A stretch of DNA of 64,000 nt from contig JAQFVV010000004.1 in NCBI GenBank assembly GCA_028023455.1, positions 12,710,001 to 12,774,000 on the forward strand, read 5' to 3'. The notes beneath the pieces were generated by a model that ran no database searches, was not told where the DNA came from, and was given only the letters and a program-made list of their open reading frames with translations. Source of the DNA: Epiperipatus broadwayi. Taxonomy: Eukaryota; Animalia; Onychophora. Shown in pieces: positions 24,231-36,100 of this stretch; the stretch's first letter is position 1, and every line of letters starts with the position of its first letter. Made by a program: the position numbers and the translations under genes.

Positions 24231-25087
24231 TAGCAAATGGAAACATAATCACTGCACAAAATGTCATATTGTCATTAATTTTTGATATTAAGATATTTAA
24301 TGTAAGCTGTCTGATATTTAATAAAAATATATGACAGAACTTACATCAACATTAAAAGTTGCTAAAAATAATTTTATTGCCAATCTTTAAAAATATAACA
24401 TTTTCTAAAACTGCAGATCATGCAAGGTATAAATAAATTCATTTTTTTTTTTCAATAAAAAGTTTTTTTTTATTTAAACAAAAGCAAAACATTGCAGTTA
24501 TATTGATTCAACCAAAAATTGTAGAAGTGATTAATTTAAATTTTAATAGAAATTCTAAAATGCAGAATCAGTAATATTCCATACACATACAGTACATTGA
24601 CATTTAACATATTATATTTGTTTAATAAATTAAATATAAAATATAAATAATTGTAGGACTAATATTAACACAAATAAATTAAATTAAAAAAAAGAGATTT
24701 TAATTATTTCCGTTACACTTCGTTATGAAATACTTTACATTTAATAAGCCTAAATCTTATTTTAAGATATATGATAAAAAATTAAAAAGATTGTTGTTTA
24801 AATATGAAAATATGTTTAACTATAATAAACAAATTAATACAAAAGTAATAATTACAATATTAATTTACATGTAATTGATTGAAAAATACCTACATAGTAA
24901 AGATCAGGAAACAGAAAGGAGCTTACTGCTAACTGAAAGGACATACTTAGAGAAACTGAACAGGACAGATTTCTAATATTCGCACTCAATGATCTTATCA
25001 CTGCAGTTACAATGAAATTATTCACATGTTGAATAAACATAGATTGCTAACAATATAATTATTCACATGTTTAAATAATAAAGATAA

Positions 25088-25385
25088 TTTTTTTTATATA
25101 TTAAATGCTTTTATTTACTGCTAACTAAATAGAAAAAAAAATAATTGTTTCTTCAACCACAATTGGGGGTTTTAAATTTAACTTGAAATAAAAACATAAG
25201 GGCTCCACAAATTAACTAAGTCAGTCCCTTATTATAAAAAATACTGATTGACTTAATTAATTTCTGGATCCCCCATGCTTTTATTTCAAACTAAATTTAA
25301 AAACCCCAATTGTGGTTGAAGAAACAATGTACCTTATTTTTCTTTTTAGTGAATGGTAAATAAAGCATTTAATATAAAAAAAAAT
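25088..25385. repeat. Family F imperfect palindrome, ~130-bp arms
   Basis: TATTAAATGCTTT..TTGTTTCTTCAACCACAATTGGGG..TTGAAATAAAA mirrored by TTTTATTTCAA..CCCCAATTGTGGTTGAAGAAACAAT..AAAGCATTTAATA. Confidence 0.85.
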
Positions 25386-26229
25386 GTCTAGTGCTATTAT
25401 TTTTAACTTTTTAATATTGGCACAGTAAATAAAAATGTAAAACTATATTATACTTAAAGTCAATTGGACACTTATAGTTGATATATATATATAACAGGGA
25501 CTGCGTTTAAACCCTGTTACAAGGTAAGGGATTCGGTAGCCATGCATATATATATAGAGATAAGGTTACTACATATATGTTGATGTATTTATTTCATTTT
25601 TGTGTTTTTTTCTAAAAGGATTAAATAAAGAGTTAAAATGGATGTAGTAAGAGAGTAGTAATTTGTGCTTATTTATATTAATGAAATATGTGTATGTATA
25701 TAATCAAACATACAGAAGGAATCTTCTGAAATACCACATACTATATGTTTTATCTTTGCATCTAATTGTGTTCCATTTTTAATAAAAAAAATAAGAAATA
25801 TGTAAATGAAAAATAAGGAGAAACTAAACAGATTATTATCTGCAGAATGCTTATACGGAGATATTGTTTGAAGTTATTTTGCAAGGTGTTTGACGAAACT
25901 TTTTAAGAAAAAAGATGAAAAGATGCTAAAATCTTTTTCTAGGCAAAGAAAAAAAAAATTAGAACAAAAGAAGCCAGACCTCGGATACCATGTGATGGGA
26001 TAGAAAATACCTAACATTTTTGAGATTAGAACTTTCGAGAGAAAAGAAAAAATAGAGTATAAATAGAAAAAATGAGAAGACCATTTTAGTTTTTATACTG
26101 TAATTTGTTCATTGATATATTTTATTAATGTTGGAAATTTGTCAATATTGATTTTTTCTTAAAAAAGGTATATATTCACCAGCTAAAGTGAACAGGCTGG
26201 GGTAAATCTCTAAACATACTGGGCTTTTA

Positions 26230-26450
26230 TCCCATGATGCCACGAAGACACAGAAGCTGCTACATGATAGTAAAACTGCCTGAAGTTAAAGATGACCATC
26301 CATCTGCATATCTCTTTATCAATATCAAGTATCATGATTAAGCCATCAGAGATTTAAAAAGAAAAAATAAGGACAAGATATCCTTGCCGAACAATTTTCA
26401 TGACCATAGTGTTTCCGAATGAATTAACTTTCATTATGAATCTGAATAAG
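26230..26450 (-). pseudogene. Decayed non-LTR RT fragment
   Basis: Minus strand VRQGYLVLIF followed about 60 nt later by RYADG, matching the QG and YADD motifs in order. Confidence 0.4.
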
Positions 26451-29400
26451 CATCCCCAGGAAACTCAAGGTAGTATGTACATTATTCTAACTCATATTAA
26501 CACGCACTTTCAATGTTATATTTAGAGACCTTAATTCCTAGTTATATTAAATCATTGTTCACATCTCAAAGATAAATTATTCAGTATTTGCAATGATTAC
26601 ACATTTTTGTTGTTTGTCTGTATAAATATATGTGTATATGCTATTGTTTCATTAAATATTTGAGCATTATTAATTATTCTCTTTTCATTATTTCATATCT
26701 TATTTATTTAGTTTAAAAACATATACACATGTTGTAGTTAGTGAATTATTTAATTAATTGGAATCTTAATGTCTTATATATATATATATATATATATGTT
26801 TCTGTCAGTCTAAGTACCACCCACCCTGAACGAGTTAGCCAGTGGCCATGCATTTATTAACAGGCGATGATTACTCTTCTCATCCCTTCCAGTATAATTC
26901 TTATGCAAGCATAAGATTGGTACTTGGAATCAAAATAAGTTGATGTCCATAAATATACTGTTTGGGAAGTGCTAATAAATAATTAAGTGACATTAAGGTC
27001 ATCTCAGTTGATTAAATGGTGTCATTCATTAAGAAGTCTTGTTAATAATAAATGTAGTTATACCAAAGAAATAATTTGTAGGATAGCATTAGACTAAATG
27101 AAGAAAATCATAATGAAAAAAAAGGATAAATAGCCCTAGATATTTCTGCTATAAGTTAATATATATAACCCTTATGTATATATCACATTTAGGGTGTATA
27201 CATAATATATATATATATATGTATATAAGTGATTAAAATATGAAATATTCTTTTAAATGATAAGTATTTGACAATTCTGCTTTCCATTGGAAATTTTTAT
27301 CTTTTAAAACAAAAAAGTGTTTACCAAAACTATATCATAAATGAACTTTACTTTTTACATATAATAATTTTACTTTAAATCAATTTCGCACATAGTGTAT
27401 ATATATCAATAGATATTTCTGAAATAAGTTAATATGTATACTTTTTATGTATATATCATATTCAGTATGTTTCCATAATTATATATGTATAAGACATCAG
27501 TAAATAACTTTTCCATTTCAAATTGTTTGACATTTTTCTTTCTTACTTAAAAAAAATTTTTTTTTTAAAAAAAAGCTTAACAAAACTGTATTTTAAACAA
27601 ACAATCTTATTATTTAAATGAGCGTTACAATTGCAACCAATAAAACTGTGAGTATTGTGTAAAACACTGAAGCTTTTTCCCCACTGTTCCATATCTAAGA
27701 AAGTAAGTCACCTATTTAAAATATTAATGGGTCCTATCACTTTCATTGAGATTTTTTAAAAATGTACAAAACTCCAACAAATTAAATTGAACTTAGCTCT
27801 AATAAATCTCAATTTTAAATTGTTATTAAAATGAGACAAATAAAATCTCTATATTGCCCTCTTATAAGCTATATTTAAAACAAATAAAAGTTCTAAGAAG
27901 AATTTTTAAATTTGAAATATCTAATAATTCAATATTTTTCTTCTCTCTGTTCCATATTTAAGAAACTATGTGACCTACTGAAAAGAATAATGTCTCATGT
28001 GGATTAGCCTGGTATTAATTAGTTTTATAACAGATTTCAAATAATTCTAATGAATTTAAATCTATAAAACCTCAATTTTAAAATTTCATTCTAACTTTAA
28101 AAAGATCAAAAATGTACAAACATGCCTACAAACAATCTGATTTTCCAACTCCAATAGAAGCATTTAAAAATAATAAACTTCGCAATTTTGATACAAAACT
28201 GAATTTAAAATGGGGAACATAAATAAATGCATTTGCCATTATATATGTTAGGTGTGCCATAATATGAATGTTATGTTATTTATAATCACATTATTTTGAT
28301 ACTTACATTATTTTGATCATCTAGATCTTTTTAAAAAAAAAATCATACAAGACACACTAAAATAAAATTTCCTGTAAACATGAAAAAATAAAATTGAAAA
28401 ATAAATGTTCCAAATAAAAATAATATTTTTATAATTTTTATTTAATTTCACATTAATTTTAATTTACTACTATTAAGAATTCAATTTGATATGCATATAT
28501 GTATAATATATCTTAACTAAAAAAAGCCTCTTTCATTTCTCACTAAAGCCTTAGTTAAAATCTTCATTTCCACGTATACCTACATATCATGGTTGTTATT
28601 ATGGGTAGGTTCACTTGATAAATAAAAAAAGATGCATTATCTAACAATTATTCTCATAAGCTTTCCATCTTTTGGCTGATAATTGTTGGATTTTCATGAA
28701 ATCAAAATAAATATTCATATTCGTGTATGTTAAAAGATACATGAATGCTTATAATGTGCTGTGATTCCATTTATTATTGTCTGAAGCATATAATTACCAA
28801 CAATTGCATGACTTTAGTTATGATAATGTAATTGACTAAATCTGTATACATCAATATTTGTTACATTCAACAAAAAAATTACGTACTCATTGATCAAAGA
28901 AGTTAAGGTTTTATATCTGCACAATAGTGAATGATTAAAGATAGACATTTGTAAGAATTACGAGGTTTTAGATCTTCATTGTAATTCATCAGTCCACCTA
29001 TAAATGCAAGTTATTTTCAAATAAATGATGATTTCACATATAATTCAATGGAATATTGGATGACTTTGTGAAGTTAGACAAACTATGATTCAAAAAAAAG
29101 ATTTAATAAGATGACTATACTTTATTAAAAACAAAAGCTGAATTATATTTTGACTATCAAATTCATATATTTCAAGACTGAAGTGTGCTTAATATATTTA
29201 ACTTTGGAAGTACTCATTGATTAATGAGACTGGTTAAAAAGATAATATTTGTTTTAAAAAAATACAATAAAAATAGTTGCTATCTTTAACATTCACAAAA
29301 AAGCAAAAAGACAAAACTTTCAAATCATTTTAAAATCACAAATTATATTGAAGTTAGCAAATAATTGGGCAAGATCTCTAAAAAAAAAAAAAGTTGCTTT

Positions 29401-29792
29401 GCTATATACAGCTATACAAATAACAAGATAAAAACACTAAGTCAACAGTAATTTTAAATTGAACAATAAAATATATAAAAAAAAAAAACAATCCACGCAA
29501 TAGTCAAAATGAATCATTTAAAAAAAGAATAAACTTATTAAAATAATATGGAACAAAAGTAATAATGATATAAAATATTTTATAGTGAAATGTCAAGAAA
29601 AACTATATATACTAAAAAATATCTCAAAGATATAAAATGTTTTCTTGATAATGTCAAAAAAGTTATTTCCCCAATAAAATGAATGTAACAAATAGTTACT
29701 AAAATATACCAGATATATGAAAAGGCGTAGAAGAATTTTACAAAGAATTATATATAAATAAGCATTTATTTTATATAGTGCATGTTTATAAA

Positions 29793-30395
29793 TTGTAATA
29801 CATTAAATATCAGCCTGTCAAGCTATTGTGCAAACGCTTGTAACAAGTGTTAATAATAAATGAATACTTTGACTTCCAACACAAGATATAGTATTTAGGA
29901 AAGAATAAAATGAATCCACTTATTCTATCCAACCCAAATGCTTATTTATGGGCAAATCTTAAGTACTGGAAGTGAAAGCGTGAGGATAGACCACTCACTT
30001 TAAATTACTGTTTACGATGTCTGAATGAATGATGCCGACGAAATTATCTAGAATTTACTAAACGTCATTCTCAAATGAAACTTAATGCTTATTTACATAT
30101 GTTTAAGTTTCATTTGAGAATGACATTTAGTAAATTCTAGGTAATTTTGTCGACGTCATTCATTCAGACATCGTAAACAGTAATTTAAAGTGAGTGGTCT
30201 ATCCTCACGCTTTCACTTCCAGTACTTAAGATTTGCCCTTATATAAGTATTTGGGTTGGATAGAATAAGTGGATTCATTTTATTCTTTCCTAAATACTAT
30301 ATCTTGTGTTGGAAGTCAAAGTATTCATTTATTATTAACACTCGTAAAAAGCGTTTGCACAATAGCTTGACAGGCTGATCTTTAAGGTATTACAA
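29793..30395. repeat. Family E near-perfect ~600-bp palindrome (arms ~293 bp, 17-nt spacer 30086-30102)
   Basis: Arms mirror each other almost base for base, e.g. ATCAGCCTGTCAAGCTATTGTGCAAACGC / GCGTTTGCACAATAGCTTGACAGGCTGAT. Several differences are CpG transitions. Confidence 0.95.
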
Positions 30396-31121
30396 AGAAT
30401 TATATAGTAACAAAGGTAATAAAAAACAGATAATCTATACAATAGTTATAATATCAATTAAAATTCTACTTATTTTAAATGAAAACTTTAAACATACAAT
30501 TAGATATATTAAAAGTTAAAAATATTCTAAAAATGGTGTAATCAATATTATTAAAAAATAAAAAATTTAAGAAATTGTTAAAAAAATCATAGATGAAAGA
30601 TTAAAATAATATACTATAGAACTAGAGTAGTGAAAAATTCAATGATAGTGATATTTTGCAAAAAATTTAAAAGAACATCACTAAAATATAATTATAAATT
30701 ATCTACAAAAAACTTTAAATGCAAGCAACATAAAAGAACAAGCTGGACTTTAAAAAATTTACAGTATAGGAAATCTTGTTCAATGTAAAGAGAAGTTATA
30801 TAATAGACTGAATATGAGTTGCCATTTTGCATTGGAAGTGTATATTATAGTAAGACTCATAACAATGTAAAATTCTAAAGATAATTGGGTATTAGAATAT
30901 ATAGTGATATTAAAAAAATTTATATTGGTAAAGAAATATGGAAGAATTTTTCTACTTTTCAAATAATTTTTTATAACAAAAATAATGAAAAACAAATGGA
31001 ATAAAAATCAATTATTTAAATTAAAATATAGGGGATTTGAACTCAGTGTTTCAAGCCCCTTCACTATCCACACTATCTCATACTACTAATACACATGACC
31101 GCACACATGCAGAAAAGATAA

Positions 31122-31180
31122 ATAATCACCAATATATGTATTTTGTGCTAAACCAGCACTCATCAGTTGATCCAGATTAC
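31122..31180 (-). ncRNA. Family D extended type-I hammerhead (single G12 to A lesion)
   Basis: Minus strand GTAATC-TGG-ATCAA CTGATGA GTGCT-GGTTT-AGCAC AAAA TACATA TA TTGGT-GATTAT. Stem I has 5+6 bp around a 3-nt bulge; stem II is 5 bp. Confidence 0.85.
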
Positions 31181-31257
31181 CATCTCCCATACATATATAT
31201 AATCAGTGCTCAGTTCATATTAAGATAACTAATCCTTACACTTTAATGGACCGACTT

Positions 31258-31295
31258 GTGCTGGTTTAGCATGAAATATGTATATTGGTGATTAT
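31258..31295 (+). ncRNA. Family D hammerhead, 3' half only (arm starts at stem II)
   Basis: GTGCT-GGTTT-AGCAT GAAA TATGTA TA TTGGTGATTAT; CTGATGA is absent upstream. Confidence 0.75.
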
Positions 31296-31399
31296 TTATC
31301 TTTTCTGCATGTGTGTGGTCATGTGCATCAGTAATATGAGATAGTATAGATAGTGAAGGGGCTTGAAAGTCAGAGTTCAAATTCCCTATATTTATAATT

Positions 31400-32250
31400 A
31401 GGCTCCAGGTATAGGAGTGTCTGGTATTTCAAATCTTATTTAAATTAACTGAATTTTCAAACGATTCATGGTTGCAGCAATTATTTTCAGAGCATTCAAA
31501 TGATGACTTCTTAAGACATTTGGATTACAGAGGGTATTATTTCTGCAAATAATTATCTAGAGCTTCAGAAAATATTATGAAATCTATCATATTATAGTAA
31601 GAATATAAAAATAAATCAGATAACAAAAAAAGCAACGACTGATACAATAAAATAGAATTTAATAATATGGATAGAAATATAATTCACAAAATTTATCACA
31701 GAATTAATTCAAATAACGCACCTTTTAATAAGTATGTTTATCTAAAGATCTAAGATTTGATAAACTTAATAGAAGACAAATACAAATATTGCAGAAAACA
31801 TATCAAAATGAAAAGAGATATTATTACCATCATCAGGTTTCAACTGTAAATGAGTATGTCAGAATGGTATATTAAGAACAAAAGTGAATACAAAGATTAG
31901 AGAATAAGCAAGAATCACTGACATTTTTTAAGTGGTAGGAATTACTGACGTTAAAGTTAGACTGGCTGTTTTGAAAAAACAATAGATGCACTGAAATTAA
32001 AGAAAAATTTTAAAAACCTATAAAAAGATTATATGTGATGTGAATACAAAATTATTCAAACATTTTTTGAGTGATATGACAAAAGGAAATCATGAATCAA
32101 AGGTATTAAAATAAACTTGAAGAGACTTGAAGAAAGCATTATCCATCAATTTATCAATATTTTTTGAAAATAATGATGACATATATATATAATTCTTAGA
32201 CATTATTTTATGATAAAAATATAAAAAAGAGTTAAAGTTATTTTGTAAAA
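31400..32250 (+). pseudogene. Possible highly decayed LINE RT region
   Basis: Broken peptides APGIGVSGI, LSRASENIMKSI, LQKTYQNE and KQESLTFF follow the order of non-LTR RT subdomains; many stops. Confidence 0.3.
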
Positions 32251-34779
32251 AATAAACAAATTTTCCAAAGAAATGAAAAATTTGAAAACATGTATAGTAT
32301 TATATATATATATTCTAACCTTGTCTTTGTGTAGCTCCACTACACATCATGGCAACCACGTTGGGGGGCCATAATCTAACCTTCATCTCGTGCATCCTCA
32401 CTTCCAGATAATATATGATATAAAATAAAATGGGTTCTATCTCAGTTAATAATTAATAACTAAAATATTCAGCATTAAAATTAAAATATTTCACTAGCTC
32501 AAATTTAAAATACGAATAAGGTTCAGTTTATAAAAATAAAATAAATAAATATTTAATATTTTCATGAGACTTGAAGTGAAAATACAGGTGACAAGATAGA
32601 TTACATTGAGCCAATATCCCACAGGATATTACCTCAATGGCATAAGAACACTACCCCCCCCCCCTTTATTACTATTTCAAATAACAAACTCATAGTATTC
32701 TTACGACTTTAATAACTTCTACTCACTAAGATTAAACTAATAATTAAGTCTTAATCTTCTATTTGTAATAATCTAGCTCAATAAAATAATCTCTGGTTCA
32801 TAAAGTTTATTCTAAGTTAATTTAAAAATACGGTAGTAAAATATGAGAAGGGATTTTATGTCATAATCTACTACACTGAAACTAATAATAATAAATAACA
32901 GTAATAATATTCTTCATTGTTTAACTAATTCTGTATAACTTTTCTTTTTACTATAATTTTATTACCATAATAAAATAATGAAATAATATAATATGGTCTT
33001 ATATCTTCATGTAATGATATAATAAATACGTGATAGCATTTTAATAATCTGACAAACAAAATATGTGTGGCAACTGATAGCATATAATTTAATATAATAT
33101 TGTGATAACTGATTTATGATCAACAAAATAATGTAAGATTATGATTATTTAATTAAATGAATACCAATAAAATATTTAAAATTCTTAAAATAATTCTCTA
33201 TTTATCTTTTGTGCAAAATTATATATTTGTTTCAATTATTATGCATATATCGTGTTTTCATGCAGCGATGTGGAGAAATAAATAACTCGGACACAAAATT
33301 TTTGAAATAACAAAATTTAACAAAGTTTATTACTAACAACAAATAAATAAACAATTTATTTACACTATTTACAGTGGATATCCTTAACTTTTTTACTTTA
33401 CAGTTTGATCTACCAGGTTATAAAAAATAATAATTTATATTTCAATTATATCTTTATTTAGATTTAGGACAAAATTTTAAAAAAATGTTACTATTTGGTT
33501 TCTCATTATGGTTAACTTATTACAAATATATTTATCTACTTTATTAGCAACAGCATTTTATCCTTAATATTATTAAACTATCTTATTTTAAAAAAATTCA
33601 TACTTAGAAAACATTCTATAGAAAACAAAATTTTATAATGAGTATGGATTTCTCAAAATATTAAAATTGTTTCATCTTGCAAAGTCAAAGATGTTACACA
33701 AAATATTATCCAAAATTCAGTATTGGATTTTAGTATTTATCACACAATGTTTACTAATCATAATATATTCTTCTTTAAGCCTTACTTTACTATGATATAA
33801 GTGTAATCATCAATATATTTCTGTTAATCAATAAACAAAAAATATACTATGCATATTGTTTACATAATTGACTTTGTACTATTGTATTTTAAAAATATGC
33901 AATACTTATTTTCTCTTAAAAAAAAATAATACGAAAGCATTTAAAATTATTATCACCTTAAAGAAAATATCTTTGTTTAGATACTTTATTTTAAAAAAAT
34001 TTATATTTCATTTCCGAAATAAAATTCAAAATATATTCTATGATTCTTTTCTTTCCTTAGGATACTTTGGATCTTCAATTTTAAGTTATAACGTCCTATT
34101 CCTTCTAAGCAAATAAACCAATCTTATACAAAACGATAGCATAACCTAAGTTCTAAATTATTTATCATTTCTCTTAAACATATCTTATTGAACGATGCAG
34201 TTACATGAAATAAAGATAGCGAAAACAGATGCATAGGATTAAGGAAGAAAGCTAGAGTATTACTCTTAACATATCTCAAAATCATGGCACAGTGCGAAGA
34301 GGTATGACATTTACCTGCCTAATATCCTCTAGTACAGGGACGATGTTAAAGCTATTTCTTCAGCTTTATTAGAACATCAAATATTTAAAGAAATATAAAC
34401 ACTGTCCAAATAAAATGTGTATCAATCATAGGGCTTTGTTAACTATGTGGATAACCACATAAAGACTAAATATTATTCCCCTTCCTTATCATATCCTATT
34501 TTAAAAATACATCATCTTGGTTTCCTGCTAACTATAGTACTTCCAAGCCACTATCTCAACATTATTTCTCAAGATTTTTCTACATCTTACATCGATAAAT
34601 AACTATCTGCATTTACAAAAACAATAAATAAAATTCATTAATAGTTAAACAATCTAGTGGTTCCACAAGAAAAGTCTGCTTACTTCATTATTCTATATGT
34701 CTAATCATATACAATCTACTTAGACAATATTTGAATATCCAATAACATGAAAATTTTAAAAGAATCACATAATTATTTG

Positions 34780-36100
34780 TTATGTTGGATTATATCACTA
34801 ATAAAAAAAAAAAATAATAATAATAATCTCGTATGCATATTTTCAAATCAATCCTATCTTATAATGTTTTTTTTTTAAAATGTTGTATGAAAATGCATTA
34901 CATATAATTAAAAAACTTTTACACTTCATTCTTCCAATTTATGGATGATCTAAAGAAAACAAAAAAAATATACATTATAAATTATCAATAGTTATTATTA
35001 TTACCAATAACCTTTATCTAGTCATCGTGTTCAGTAGGCTTCCTTTATCCACTTGAGCATTGCAGATATAAAAAATTCACACCCATACATTTTATATTAA
35101 AATATTTTTAGCTAAATTATTAGATTGTTATATTATAAAATTTTAATATTAATAAATTAATGTTTTTATGTTTTTCCTAATCTTATATAAAAATTTAGAT
35201 TTAAACTAGGTTAACAAAATAAAAGGAATCAAAACTATAATTACATATTTTCTTGACGATAGTTCCTGATAAGTCCAAAATGCTTATTATTTTCTCTAGA
35301 GTTCTTAAAAATGTTCTCCAAGTGCGTTAAAGTTTAAAATAAAAATAATTATTAAACCATTTAGTAAAATTTATAGAAAATAATCCTTGGTTTTAGTATT
35401 TAGGATGATAATTATTAAATCATAATATTAATTAATCCCATGAAGCTTCTTAATCTTCTCTACCAATATTCTCTGTGTATCCGATGCATCAATCCATCTA
35501 ATTTAACTTTAAAAATATTCGATAAACTTTTAAGTACTATTTGTATTTCCATGGATCCATCTTTTATTCAACTATATGTTCACTTTTTTATATAAGTTTC
35601 CTTCTTGATACATTTAAACTTTTGTTTGGTATTTTTATAAATCTCTTTTAAAATAAAAAAAAACTTCAATTACTTTTAAACAAATCTTTTCTAAATACAT
35701 TTTAAATAATTCTAAGACCGGATATTTTAATATCAAAACGCTTCTGTAACATATTCTCCTGGGTTCTTTCTTTAATTCTTGAAAATATTTTTTAAAAATG
35801 TTACCTTCAGAAAGGATATAACATTTTACTCCTTTGAATATCATATTATATAAAATAATTCATGAAATATAATTGTCTTATTACTATTTAAAAAAATAAA
35901 TCTTGGATAGGCTTATAAATAATACGTTTCAATACATTTTTTAGACTCTGTATAATGTCCAAGCTGTGGTTTTTTATGTACCAGAACAGTTCTTCGGTGA
36001 AGTATTAATAAAGCTGTATCAATAAATATTTCAAATATTTTTTCAGCATTACAACTTATATCCATTTTATTTCATAGTATATCCATCCTTTATTGCGAAG
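34780..36100 (-). pseudogene. Decayed LINE ORF2 (pre-RT linker plus RT)
   Basis: Minus-strand fragments in order: ELKKEPRRI, EIQIVLKSLSN..LDGL, FLRTLEKII, KMYGC..LKWIKEAY, KYAYEII (degenerate YADD). Confidence 0.45.

Larger units (their letters stand above)
31024..31393. mobile_element. Family D palindromic HHR-bearing element
   Basis: AAATATAGGGGATTTGAACTC..GCTAAACCAGCAC (to 31159) mirrored by GTGCTGGTTTAGC..GAGTTCAAATTCCCTATATTT (31258-31393). Confidence 0.9.

Noticed and set aside
29820-29850. Twister-like TAACACT..GTTACAAGC on the minus strand of family E
   Set aside because: P4 and the P2 partner strand are absent; it folds as a simple hairpin, and the other arm lacks the motif.
30022-30065. 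CTGAATGA...GACGAAA in family E as a hammerhead
   Set aside because: Extra core base, no proper stem II, and inward orientation unlike the supported motifs.
32320-32365. GTGTAG/CTACAC hairpin with ATGA and AAAG flanks (minus strand)
   Set aside because: Three or more core mismatches and no stem I or III.
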